Origin: Nitrospira japonica
GTDB taxonomy: Bacteria > Nitrospirota > Thermodesulfovibrionia > UBA6902
Assembly: GCA_020723105.1 (NCBI GenBank)
Contig: DYJL01000015.1
Span: forward strand, 2,029-66,028
Reading direction: 5' to 3'
Length of the DNA stretch: 64,000 nt
Position numbers and translations under genes: made by a program. Below the pieces are notes generated by a model, which worked only from the letters and a program-made list of their open reading frames with translations, was not told where the DNA came from and made no database searches. Position 1 is the stretch's first letter. Each line of letters starts with the position of its first letter. Shown piece by piece: positions 48,166-56,267 of the stretch.

Positions 48166-48711
48166 ATGGTTCTTAAAGAATATTTCGAAAAAATGAAGGG
48201 CACCACCAAAAGCCCTCCGATGGTCAGTTTAGAAGAAATCATATGGTCCTGGATTGGCGCCTTCTTTGGAATAGGCATGGTTGCATATCTCAACTATAGC
48301 AGATTTGAACACACAGACCTGGTCATGATTGTGGGCTCGTTTGGCGCTTCTGCAGTCCTGATATATGGAGCCATCAAAAGCCCCCTGGCACAGCCAAGAA
48401 ATCTTATTGGAGGACATATTTTTTCAGCAATCATAGGAGTAACCTGTTATCAGTATTTCAATCAACACATGTGGCTTGCTTCAGCGATAGCCGTAGCTAC
48501 TTCCATAGCATTTATGCATGTAACCAAAACCCTTCACCCCCCTGGTGGGGCCACGGCATTGATTGCAGTAATCGGCGGGGAGAAAATACATGCATTAGGG
48601 TACCTTTACGCAATTATCCCTGTTGGGGTTGGCGCAACAATTATGCTGGCAATAGCCCTTTTGGTAAATAACATCTCTCAGAAACGCAAATATCCTGAAT
48701 TCTGGATATAA
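48166..48711 (+). CDS. HPP family membrane protein
   Basis: Four or five TM helices and the diagnostic HPPGGATAL motif. Confidence 0.85.
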   Translation: MVLKEYFEKMKGTTKSPPMVSLEEIIWSWIGAFFGIGMVAYLNYSRFEHTDLVMIVGSFGASAVLIYGAIKSPLAQPRNLIGGHIFSAIIGVTCYQYFNQHMWLASAIAVATSIAFMHVTKTLHPPGGATALIAVIGGEKIHALGYLYAIIPVGVGATIMLAIALLVNNISQKRKYPEFWI

Positions 48712-48820
48712 AAATCCTGTCTGGAAAATTCAAAACTTCAGATACGAAATTCAGCAGAGCCTGCTTGTTAACATCTTCATATAATAAATTGTTATAATTC
48801 TAACCTACATTCATAAACAC

Positions 48821-48960
48821 TGGAGGAAGTGTGGCAAAAAAACATATTGCGCGATCCCTTAGCGATAACAGAATAAACATACTCTGTAAATCCAAGACGC
48901 AAAATTCAATATTCAAAAACCTTATCGCTTTCAAGATGTTTTTGAGCCATGCTTCCTCCA
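48821..48960. repeat. long-hairpin repeat, copy B
   Basis: Arms tggaggaagtgtggc / gccatgcttcctcca (13 of 15 complementary). Core is shared with copies A and C. Confidence 0.75.
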
Positions 48961-49024
48961 GTGTAAAATTTATGAATTATCTGAACTAACTCTTTGATCC
49001 TTAGTAGTCTGTAATTATATAGAT

Positions 49025-49864
49025 ATGACAAAGATTCAAATTACAAAGGCATCGGGAATTATTGAAGATTTCAGTTCCCGGAAATTACTGAAATCCCTGC
49101 TCAGATCCGGTGCAGAGCGGGAACAGGCTGAAGAGATCATCGAAAAAATAATCCCTGAAATAATGCCATACACGAGCACAAAAAAGATCTACAGGCTGGC
49201 ACACCGGTATCTTGGACAGTTCAACCGGGTTTCAGGGCTTAGATACTCTATAAAAAGGAGCCTGATAAGGCTCGGTCCTTCGGGCTATCCATTTGAAAAA
49301 TATTTTGGTGAACTACTGAAACAATACGGCTATCATGTTGACATCGGGGTGACCATAGAAGGGAAATGTGTGAAGCACGAGATTGATGTGCTTGCAGTAA
49401 GCAACCATGACGTAGTTCTTGTAGAATGTAAATACAGAAACCGGACAGAGAACGCTCCGGATGTCAAGATCGCCCTGTATGTTCATGCCCGGTTTCAGGA
49501 TCTTATGCCTGCTATAAGAAACAGATATCCTGACAAATCGTTTGCCGGCTGGCTTGTGACAAACACCCGTTTTACATCTGATGCAATTCAGTACGCTGAG
49601 TGCAGCGGCCTTAAGATAAAAAGCTGGCGATATCCTGAAGGAAACAGTCTTGAGAAAATGATCGAGGATAAAAAACTTTACCTTGTCACAATCATGTCAA
49701 TATTAAATTCCGCACAAATAAAAAGATTGATTGAAAATAAAATTATTCTTATGAAAGATCTGGCAAAGATTAAGACTCATGATATTCAGAGACTACTGTC
49801 AGTTACAGAAGGTAAAGCTCTTGCCCTGAAACAGCAGGCAGATGAGCTTTGCTTTTGCAATTGA
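49025..49864 (+). CDS. ATP-cone domain fused to a PD-(D/E)xK (Mrr-like) nuclease domain
   Basis: N-terminal IQITKASGIIEDFSSRKLLKSLLRSG (ATP-cone pattern). GYPFEKYF...HEIDVLA...LVECKY nuclease core. C-terminal helix-hairpin-helix-like region. Confidence 0.7.
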   Translation: MTKIQITKASGIIEDFSSRKLLKSLLRSGAEREQAEEIIEKIIPEIMPYTSTKKIYRLAHRYLGQFNRVSGLRYSIKRSLIRLGPSGYPFEKYFGELLKQYGYHVDIGVTIEGKCVKHEIDVLAVSNHDVVLVECKYRNRTENAPDVKIALYVHARFQDLMPAIRNRYPDKSFAGWLVTNTRFTSDAIQYAECSGLKIKSWRYPEGNSLEKMIEDKKLYLVTIMSILNSAQIKRLIENKIILMKDLAKIKTHDIQRLLSVTEGKALALKQQADELCFCN

Positions 49865-49910
49865 CCTGCCAATTTGCTTTTTTAACAGGATCTTTGCAAA
49901 AATATTTCGC

Positions 49911-50243
49911 ATGAGTAAAGGCATTCTAACAGACGAGATAGTGGTTTTTATTACAGCGCCAAGTGAAAGTTTGGCAGTAACCATAGCCCGTTCTCTTGTG
50001 GAAGCAAGACTTGCAGCATGTGCAAATATCATAAAAGACATCCGCTCGATTTATACCTGGCAAGGCAAGGTTGAAGACGATACTGAAACTCTTATGATCG
50101 TAAAAACCCGGCAGGAACTTTTTGACAAATTAAAATCAAAAGTAAAAGAGCTTCACAGTTACGATCTTCCCGAAATTATTGCGCTTCCGATAATAGCTGG
50201 TTCAGATGGTTACCTGAAGTGGCTGAGGGAATCAACATCATAA
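49911..50243 (+). CDS. cutA: divalent-cation tolerance protein CutA
   Basis: VVFITAPSE...ARLAACANI...SIYTWQGKVE...KT...YDLPEII pattern. The ATG at 49911 fits the family length. Confidence 0.85.
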   Translation: MSKGILTDEIVVFITAPSESLAVTIARSLVEARLAACANIIKDIRSIYTWQGKVEDDTETLMIVKTRQELFDKLKSKVKELHSYDLPEIIALPIIAGSDGYLKWLRESTS

Positions 50244-50270
50244 AATAACAATTGGAGGATATAAACAACC

Positions 50271-50735
50271 ATGGACGAAACGCATATAGAAAATCTGGAA
50301 GAATCCCTCGAAGGGTATAAAAGCAAAATACTGGAAGTAAATAAAGGCGCCCTGCTATGGGAGCGGGACCTGATATTTACTGCAAGGACACAGATGGGAT
50401 ATGTAGTAGAATTTGATGCAAACCTGCAATGGGGATGTGCTCCTACCGAGACCCTTTTAATGAGTGTCGCCGGCTGCATGGCTATTGATGTGTTCCACTT
50501 TCTGAAAAAAATGAAAGCAGAAGTTACAGATTTCAAGATTGACTTTTCAGGCGTCAGAAAGCCTGATCCCCCGCAATATTATAAATCCATTGACCTGGTT
50601 ATTAATGTTTTTGGAAACGGTATTACTCCGAAAAAACTGGACCGGGCCATATCTCTCTCACAGAATAAATACTGCTCCGTTTATAATGCCCTGCGTAAGG
50701 ATATTGAGGTCAACGTCAGCTACAATATAAAGTGA
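50271..50735 (+). CDS. OsmC/Ohr family protein
   Basis: PTETLLMSVAGCMAID and KYCSVYNAL, the two conserved Cys regions of the OsmC family. Confidence 0.8.
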   Translation: MDETHIENLEESLEGYKSKILEVNKGALLWERDLIFTARTQMGYVVEFDANLQWGCAPTETLLMSVAGCMAIDVFHFLKKMKAEVTDFKIDFSGVRKPDPPQYYKSIDLVINVFGNGITPKKLDRAISLSQNKYCSVYNALRKDIEVNVSYNIK

Positions 50736-50761
50736 CTCATACTTGTTCAGAATAAATTTAA

Positions 50762-50784
50762 GAGGGAGGCATTGAGCCTCCCTC
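50762..50784. terminator. bidirectional stem-loop between convergent genes
   Basis: GAGGGAGGC-attga-GCCTCCCTC, a 9-bp GC-rich stem flanked by A/T-rich sequence on both sides. Confidence 0.6.
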
Positions 50785-50821
50785 AATCTGAGTATTTTAG
50801 ACAGCAAAGAAAGTAATTGAA

Positions 50822-51586
50822 TTATTTTGGCGGCATCGGCACATTTGCACCATGACAATCAGTACAGTTGTTTTGTGTCTGTATGTTATACATGCCGGCG
50901 GGTTTAGGGCCTTTAGTTTTATACTTCCCATCTTTCCAGTCATTCAGAAGTTCTGCAACGTGATATGCTACGCTCGCTGTAACCCTTGCACATCTGTCTT
51001 TTCTTTCGGGACTTCCAAGTGGTTTATTGGCAGCCTGCATCCATTTGCCGACTGATACATGGCAGAGGGGTGAGTTGCTTGTGGTTTTCGGCAATTCGGA
51101 TGTTATCCTTGGATTTTTAGGAAGATAAACGGGCATTGATGCTTCTGAATACCACTGCAAAATTTCGCTTCCCATCAAAGCTCCATCCTCACTGCCTGAG
51201 GTTCTTGGACCTATTATAAGATTGGTAACAATATTTGCTCCAGCATTAGAGCCGCAAATGGTTCCCCATCCCCCTATGCCTCCTTCAAGAAAAATAAAGG
51301 CATCTATCGGGAATGATTTATAAGGTTCCCCAATCTTTTCCCTGAGCTGTCCGAAGATGCTGCTGATAACTGCACCTCCGCAAAAAATCCTGTACCACTC
51401 ATTGTAAGCCAGCTCCGCTGTCTTTTCGGGACTGAGCTTTTCATACGGCCAGGGCCATTTATTGGTTTCTACTTTCGCTTCTACCTTTGATATGATCCCT
51501 CCGCCGAGCTGTGCAAGTGCCGCACCTATTGCAGCGGCTCCTGTTCCTGCAATAAGTTCCCTGCGGGATAATTTGTTGTGAGACAT
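50822..51586 (-). CDS. Tat-signal C_GCAxxG_C_C-family redox protein with a C-terminal CXXCH motif (split-Soret cytochrome-like?)
   Basis: SRRELIAGTGAAAIGAA twin-arginine signal. FCGGAV, CGSNAGA, PLCHV and RCARV match the C/GCAxxG/C/C spacing pattern. CTDCH lies 12 residues from the C-terminus. Confidence 0.65.
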   Translation of the reverse strand: MSHNKLSRRELIAGTGAAAIGAALAQLGGGIISKVEAKVETNKWPWPYEKLSPEKTAELAYNEWYRIFCGGAVISSIFGQLREKIGEPYKSFPIDAFIFLEGGIGGWGTICGSNAGANIVTNLIIGPRTSGSEDGALMGSEILQWYSEASMPVYLPKNPRITSELPKTTSNSPLCHVSVGKWMQAANKPLGSPERKDRCARVTASVAYHVAELLNDWKDGKYKTKGPKPAGMYNIQTQNNCTDCHGANVPMPPK

Positions 51587-51637
51587 AAAACCTCCTGAAT
51601 TGAAATGTTATATTTTCCTGTAAAACAGGTTACAGAA

Positions 51638-51783
51638 TCAGGAGCAGGCATGGGGAAAAAATATATTTTGCGATACATTAGCGATAACTGAATAAATATA
51701 CTCTCTGTAAATTCAAGATTGAAAATTCAGCATTCAAAAAATTTATCGCGTTAAAGATATTTTTTACCCATGCCTGCTCCTGA
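51638..51783. repeat. long-hairpin repeat, copy C
   Basis: Arms tcaggagcaggcatgggg / acccatgcctgctcctga (17 of 18 complementary). Core is shared with copies A and B. Confidence 0.8.
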
Positions 51784-51797
51784 TACAAAAGACCAGT

Positions 51798-52898
51798 TTA
51801 GTCGTCCATAGGCTTGATGAATTTAAAATACACCATCGTCCAGTTGCCGAGAATTATGGCCATGGTGGACACTATGCTCGAGATTGCCAATGTTGAGAAA
51901 CCTGTAACGCCATGTCCGAGATTGCATCCTCCGGCAATCACAGCGCCTATACCCATGATTATGCTTCCAAACAAAACCGTCAGGAATTCTTTTGCAGGCG
52001 GAATCTTCCACTTAAACTCCTTTAATCCAATGGCGCTTAACAGCGCACCAAGCGGAACAGCAAGGATAAAGAATACACCCCATGTGCCTCTGAACATCCC
52101 GAGAAAACTGAATTCAGGGAAGATTGAATGTGAACTCTTGTAAAGAAGGACATTAAAGAACTCCCTTATGGGTGTTGTAATGGCAAGTCCTCTGGGAACA
52201 CCTCCAAAATAAGATGATACCACCCACGAAACTATTGTTAGTATCCCTATCAACAGACCTGTCAGTCCCCACGAATATGTCTTTGAATTTTTGCCAAAGG
52301 AAGGCTTTCCTTTCATGACAAAGACAAATGCCGCAAGGATAAACACACCTATTGTAATCCATTTGGTTGCCATGCCTCCTCCGAACAGGTCCCATAGAGC
52401 AGGATTTGTCTTTCCGAAAATCTCTACATTAAAGCTCTTCAGATACTGATGAACCGGACTCAGCAGTCCCTCTGTAGTCATAACAACACCAAAGAAAAAA
52501 CCCATGACCGCACCCACCATGGATATCTGACCCTCACCGACTCTGAAAACCATGCCGCTGGCGCATCCCCCGGCAAGCACTATGCCTATGCCAAACAGAA
52601 AACCACCCAGAATATTGGCCAGAGGAACGAAGCTCTGTCTCATTAAATGAATCTGCTGCAGGGTTCCTGTATCCGGATCCAGCGCTCTCAAAAGCCCAAA
52701 ATCATCAAGGAGATTTGAGCCTAAAACCGCTACAGCCACACTCAGAAGATATGCCCTGAACAGCGTTAAGTCCTTCATGAATATTATGTCTCTGAATGCG
52801 GAGTTCAGACAAAAGCGCCCCCTTTGCAAAATGAATCCCAAAGCCAGTCCCATGCCTACTGCCGTTATTGCCGTGATGAAGAGATTACCTTGCAGCAT
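51798..52898 (-). CDS. YeeE/YedE family sulfur-compound transporter
   Basis: Polytopic. QRGRFCLNSAFRD and AGGCNLGHG conserved-Cys motifs in the two halves. ATG at 52898 is preceded by GGAGGA. Confidence 0.8.
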   Translation of the reverse strand: MLQGNLFITAITAVGMGLALGFILQRGRFCLNSAFRDIIFMKDLTLFRAYLLSVAVAVLGSNLLDDFGLLRALDPDTGTLQQIHLMRQSFVPLANILGGFLFGIGIVLAGGCASGMVFRVGEGQISMVGAVMGFFFGVVMTTEGLLSPVHQYLKSFNVEIFGKTNPALWDLFGGGMATKWITIGVFILAAFVFVMKGKPSFGKNSKTYSWGLTGLLIGILTIVSWVVSSYFGGVPRGLAITTPIREFFNVLLYKSSHSIFPEFSFLGMFRGTWGVFFILAVPLGALLSAIGLKEFKWKIPPAKEFLTVLFGSIIMGIGAVIAGGCNLGHGVTGFSTLAISSIVSTMAIILGNWTMVYFKFIKPMDD

Positions 52899-53397
52899 AT
52901 GCTTCCTCCAGGACAAAAGATGGTTTCTCGCACCCAAGTGCTTTTGCTACAAGGACTGGGACCTTTGCCATTTTCTCAACGTCCTTTGCTACACACCCTG
53001 TAATCAGCTTTTGATACCACTTCCTGCCGTTGCAGCCCAGCACCATCAAATCAACATCCTCTTCATCTGCAACTTTCAGAATCTCATCAACCGGGTTGCC
53101 GGTCCTGATCAAAGTCTTTATATTGCTCTGACCAATGTTCTCAAGCTCCTGTTTAAAGTATGCAATGATTTTCTCTCCCTTGTTGTCCAGCCTCTCCATA
53201 TGCTCTGTGCCTTCCAATGATTCTCTCAGGGTTGACATCTCTGCCTCTCCAAGCATGGCAGTCATCAAGGTCCGGCCCTCGGGCTGCGCTACATGAAGCA
53301 GGACTATCTCCTCGGCATGTCCTACTACATTTCTGAATGTTGCCAGGACTCTTTTTGAGCCCTTTGTTTCGTCTACATTAAGCAATACCTTTTTCAT
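52885..53397 (-). CDS. universal stress protein (UspA family), paralogue 1
   Basis: MKKVLLNVDETKGS...LLHV...DLMVLGCNGR...G.V...V...AKVPVLV pattern. Confidence 0.85.
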   Translation of the reverse strand: MKKVLLNVDETKGSKRVLATFRNVVGHAEEIVLLHVAQPEGRTLMTAMLGEAEMSTLRESLEGTEHMERLDNKGEKIIAYFKQELENIGQSNIKTLIRTGNPVDEILKVADEEDVDLMVLGCNGRKWYQKLITGCVAKDVEKMAKVPVLVAKALGCEKPSFVLEEAYAAR

Positions 53398-53420
53398 TTC
53401 TCTCTCCTTTTCTTAGTGTT

Positions 53421-53509
53421 GTCATTCCGGACTTGATCCGGAATCCAGTCGTTTTATGGATTCTCGCCTCGGCGAGTCGCCTGAGGTGACCCGCTTTTGC
53501 GGGAATGAC
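53421..53509. repeat. MITE-like element (copy R5)
   Basis: gtcattccggacttgatccggaatcc ... gcgggaatgac. Contains the 35-nt core that is the reverse complement of 862-896. Confidence 0.7.
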
Positions 53510-53569
53510 AAGCTGTATGTTTGCTCATATCATGGGATGTAGCAGCCGACATGAGCTTTTCAATTATCA

Positions 53570-54097
53570 TCAGTAACTTTCCCTTAATTTCAATCCTGCG
53601 GGTGTCTTTTCCACATTGCGTTTCTCCCTGACGGCCTTATTCTTTGCAATAAGCACAGGAACCTTGGCGCTTCTTTCTACAGTCCTGCTCACACGGCCTG
53701 TGATAAGCCTGTCCAGCAGTCTCTTTTCATTGGCCCCTGTAATTATCAGCTCCACGCCTTCTTCCTCGGCCACTTTGAGAATTTCATCCATTGGATTTCC
53801 TTCCCTGATAATTGTCTTAATACTGATCAGGCCGGAATGTTCAAGCTCCTTCTTGTAATATGCAAGGATTTTTTCTGCCTTCCGGTCGAGTGCCTCCTTA
53901 TGCTCTGTTCCCTTGAGGGATGCCTTCAGTGTTGACATCTCTGCATCGCCCAGCATTGCAGTCATCAGGGATTTTCCCTCGAGCTGTTCTACATGAAGCA
54001 GGATGACTTCATCTGGCGGTTTTACCATGTTATCAAATACTGACAACACGGCCTTGGATGCTTTTGTTTCGTCTACTGCGATTAATACTTTCTTCAT
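53570..54097 (-). CDS. universal stress protein, paralogue 2
   Basis: Begins MKKVLIAVDETKAS after an AGGAGG RBS. Shares the block GKSLMTAMLGDAEMSTLK.SL.GT.HKE.LDRKAE with paralogue 3. Confidence 0.85.
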   Translation of the reverse strand: MKKVLIAVDETKASKAVLSVFDNMVKPPDEVILLHVEQLEGKSLMTAMLGDAEMSTLKASLKGTEHKEALDRKAEKILAYYKKELEHSGLISIKTIIREGNPMDEILKVAEEEGVELIITGANEKRLLDRLITGRVSRTVERSAKVPVLIAKNKAVREKRNVEKTPAGLKLRESY

Positions 54098-54140
54098 TTC
54101 TTCCTCCTTTTTCAGATTAAAGTTGATATATAAATATCCC

Positions 54141-54707
54141 TCATCGGACCATAAATCCAAAGAGAAATAACCCGGCAAAGATTACTGTAAAAACTGCAAA
54201 AGCCAGATAGGCATCTTTCCAGCTATAAGGCTCTTCGCATGAAGGAAATACACTTGGGATAAGAACAGGCACTTTTGCAAATCTTTCCACATCCCTGCTC
54301 ACACTCCCTGTAAAAAGCCTGTTTAACAAAGTCTTCCGGCTTTCTCCAAGGATTATGAGTTCAGCGCCTTCTTCCTCTGCAACTTTAAGAATCTCATCCA
54401 CAGGATTCCCCTCCGTCACTATCGTCCTTATACTATTCTGACCGCGGGCTTCAAGCTCTCTTACATAGAATGTGAGAACTTCCTCAGCCTTTCGGTCCAG
54501 CATCTCCTTATGTGCAGTGCCCCTTAGGGATTCCTTCAGTGTTGACATCTCTGCATCGCCCAGCATTGCAGTCATCAGGGATTTGCCTTCGAGCTGCTCT
54601 ATGTGAAGCAGGATGACCTCTTCAGCCCGTCTTATTTCATTACTGAAGGCTGATAATGTATTCTTTGAGCTTTTTGTTTCGTCTATTGCGATTAATATTT
54701 TTTTCAT
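54141..54707 (-). CDS. universal stress protein, paralogue 3, with a C-terminal TM helix
   Basis: USP core plus the hydrophobic tail AYLAFAVFTVIFAGLFLFGFMV. Confidence 0.85.
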   Translation of the reverse strand: MKKILIAIDETKSSKNTLSAFSNEIRRAEEVILLHIEQLEGKSLMTAMLGDAEMSTLKESLRGTAHKEMLDRKAEEVLTFYVRELEARGQNSIRTIVTEGNPVDEILKVAEEEGAELIILGESRKTLLNRLFTGSVSRDVERFAKVPVLIPSVFPSCEEPYSWKDAYLAFAVFTVIFAGLFLFGFMVR

Positions 54708-54739
54708 GTTAACGCTTCACCTTTTCTGAAAATATATAA

Positions 54740-54755
54740 AGCAAACACCATGCCA
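54740..54755 (-). promoter_or_regulatory. sigma-54 (-24/-12) promoter
   Basis: The minus strand reads TGGCATGGTGTTTGCT, which fits TGGCAC-N5-TTGCW with exact GG/GC spacing. It lies 33 nt upstream of the USP paralogue 3 ATG, and a sigma-54 activator gene is divergent. Confidence 0.7.
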
Positions 54756-54859
54756 GATTCAAAATTATTATTATTAGGACACTTAATAATTTTAACTTGA
54801 CATTAAAGTGTTAATCTGTTAACCTGAATATAAGCTGACTTAATAATTACAATTAACGG

Positions 54860-56221
54860 GTGGCAGTAGTGTTAAACAGGTTATCAAGAGATCCAAAGTT
54901 TTTCATTAATGTCTTTGAGAACATGAGAGAAGGCCTCATGATAATAGATTTAGAAGGCCATATCGCATTCTTCAACAGGGCTGCAGAGGCCATAACAGGT
55001 TATAGCCGGGAGGAAGTACTGGGGCAGCCATGCACTATGCTTGATAATGACATGTGTACTGTTCTGACAGAATCTGGAAAAGAGAGAAGATGTAATTTGT
55101 TTGAAAAAGGCCTTATAACTAACAAAAAATGCCGGATCAAGAGTAAAGACAAACGATATGTTTATCTTTTAAAAAATGCCGTGCTTCTAAAAGATGACAA
55201 TGGTGAACCGGTAGCCGGTATTGAGTCCATCACAGATATCACTTCATTATATATGAAAGAGTTGGAACTGGAAGAACTGAAACAGGAATTAAGAGATGAA
55301 TACTGGTTTATGGGCCTTCTGGGAAAGAGCCCCCTCATGCAAAGACTGTACGACCAGATCCGTAATGCTGCAGTAAGCGAGGCTCCTGTGTTGATATACG
55401 GCGAAAGCGGCACAGGTAAAAATATCATCGCCCATGCAATACACAAACTAAGCAAACGTAAAGAAGGTCCGTTCACACATGTTAATTGCGCATCCTTTAA
55501 CGATTCCCTTCTTGAAAGCGAGCTCTTCGGCCATAAGAGGGGTTCTTTTACCGGCGCCGTTAGTGACAGAGTTGGAAGGTTTGAGGCTGCAAACAAGGGG
55601 AGTATCTTTCTTGACGAGATAGGCGATATGCCCCAATTAATGCAGGCAAAATTACTGAGGGTTCTTGAGGAAAAAGTGCTGGAACGGGTAGGTGACAATA
55701 AATCAATTCGTGTTGATATAAGGCTGATTTCAGCCACAAACAAAGATCTGCATGAACTCGTTTCCACAAATAAATTCAGGGAGGACCTCCTTTACAGGAT
55801 AAATTCTATTTTGATTCAGACTCCGCCTTTGAGGGAAAGGGGGGAGGATATCCCTGTTATTGCCTCCCATTACCTGAAAAAAATATCATCTGCAAATGAT
55901 AAAGGTATAAAAGGAATAAGCCCGTCTGCCATGGAAATTATGAGAAACTATACATGGCCGGGAAATGTAAGGCAGCTCATTAACGCCATTGAAAATAGCG
56001 TAATTACCTGTAAAAGCGATGCTATTGAAGTCTCGGACCTGCCCGAATACATCTTTTTCAATAAAAGGGTAAATAGAAACGAAGATACCATTAACCGGGA
56101 AAAGATCCGCTCCATCCTTTCACTTTATAAAGGCAATAAGACGCTTACTGCAAAACACTTTGGAATCAGCAGGGTTACTTTATGGAAAAAACTTAAGAAA
56201 TTGAGTATGGATCAGACTTAA
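54860..56221 (+). CDS. sigma-54-dependent transcriptional activator, PAS-AAA+-HTH
   Basis: PAS domain, Walker A GESGTGKN, GSFTGA (GAFTGA variant), ESELFGH, and a C-terminal Fis-type HTH. GTG start is uncertain. Confidence 0.88.
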   Translation: MAVVLNRLSRDPKFFINVFENMREGLMIIDLEGHIAFFNRAAEAITGYSREEVLGQPCTMLDNDMCTVLTESGKERRCNLFEKGLITNKKCRIKSKDKRYVYLLKNAVLLKDDNGEPVAGIESITDITSLYMKELELEELKQELRDEYWFMGLLGKSPLMQRLYDQIRNAAVSEAPVLIYGESGTGKNIIAHAIHKLSKRKEGPFTHVNCASFNDSLLESELFGHKRGSFTGAVSDRVGRFEAANKGSIFLDEIGDMPQLMQAKLLRVLEEKVLERVGDNKSIRVDIRLISATNKDLHELVSTNKFREDLLYRINSILIQTPPLRERGEDIPVIASHYLKKISSANDKGIKGISPSAMEIMRNYTWPGNVRQLINAIENSVITCKSDAIEVSDLPEYIFFNKRVNRNEDTINREKIRSILSLYKGNKTLTAKHFGISRVTLWKKLKKLSMDQT

Positions 56222-56253
56222 AATACATGGCGAGCCCTTTAGCTGATTCAATA

Positions 56254-56262
56254 TGTTATAAT
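56254..56262 (+). promoter_or_regulatory. candidate extended -10 element (TGTTATAAT)
   Basis: TGnTATAAT ends 6 nt before the ATG at 56268. No Shine-Dalgarno lies in between, which suggests a leaderless mRNA. Confidence 0.3.
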
Positions 56263-56267
56263 TTCAC

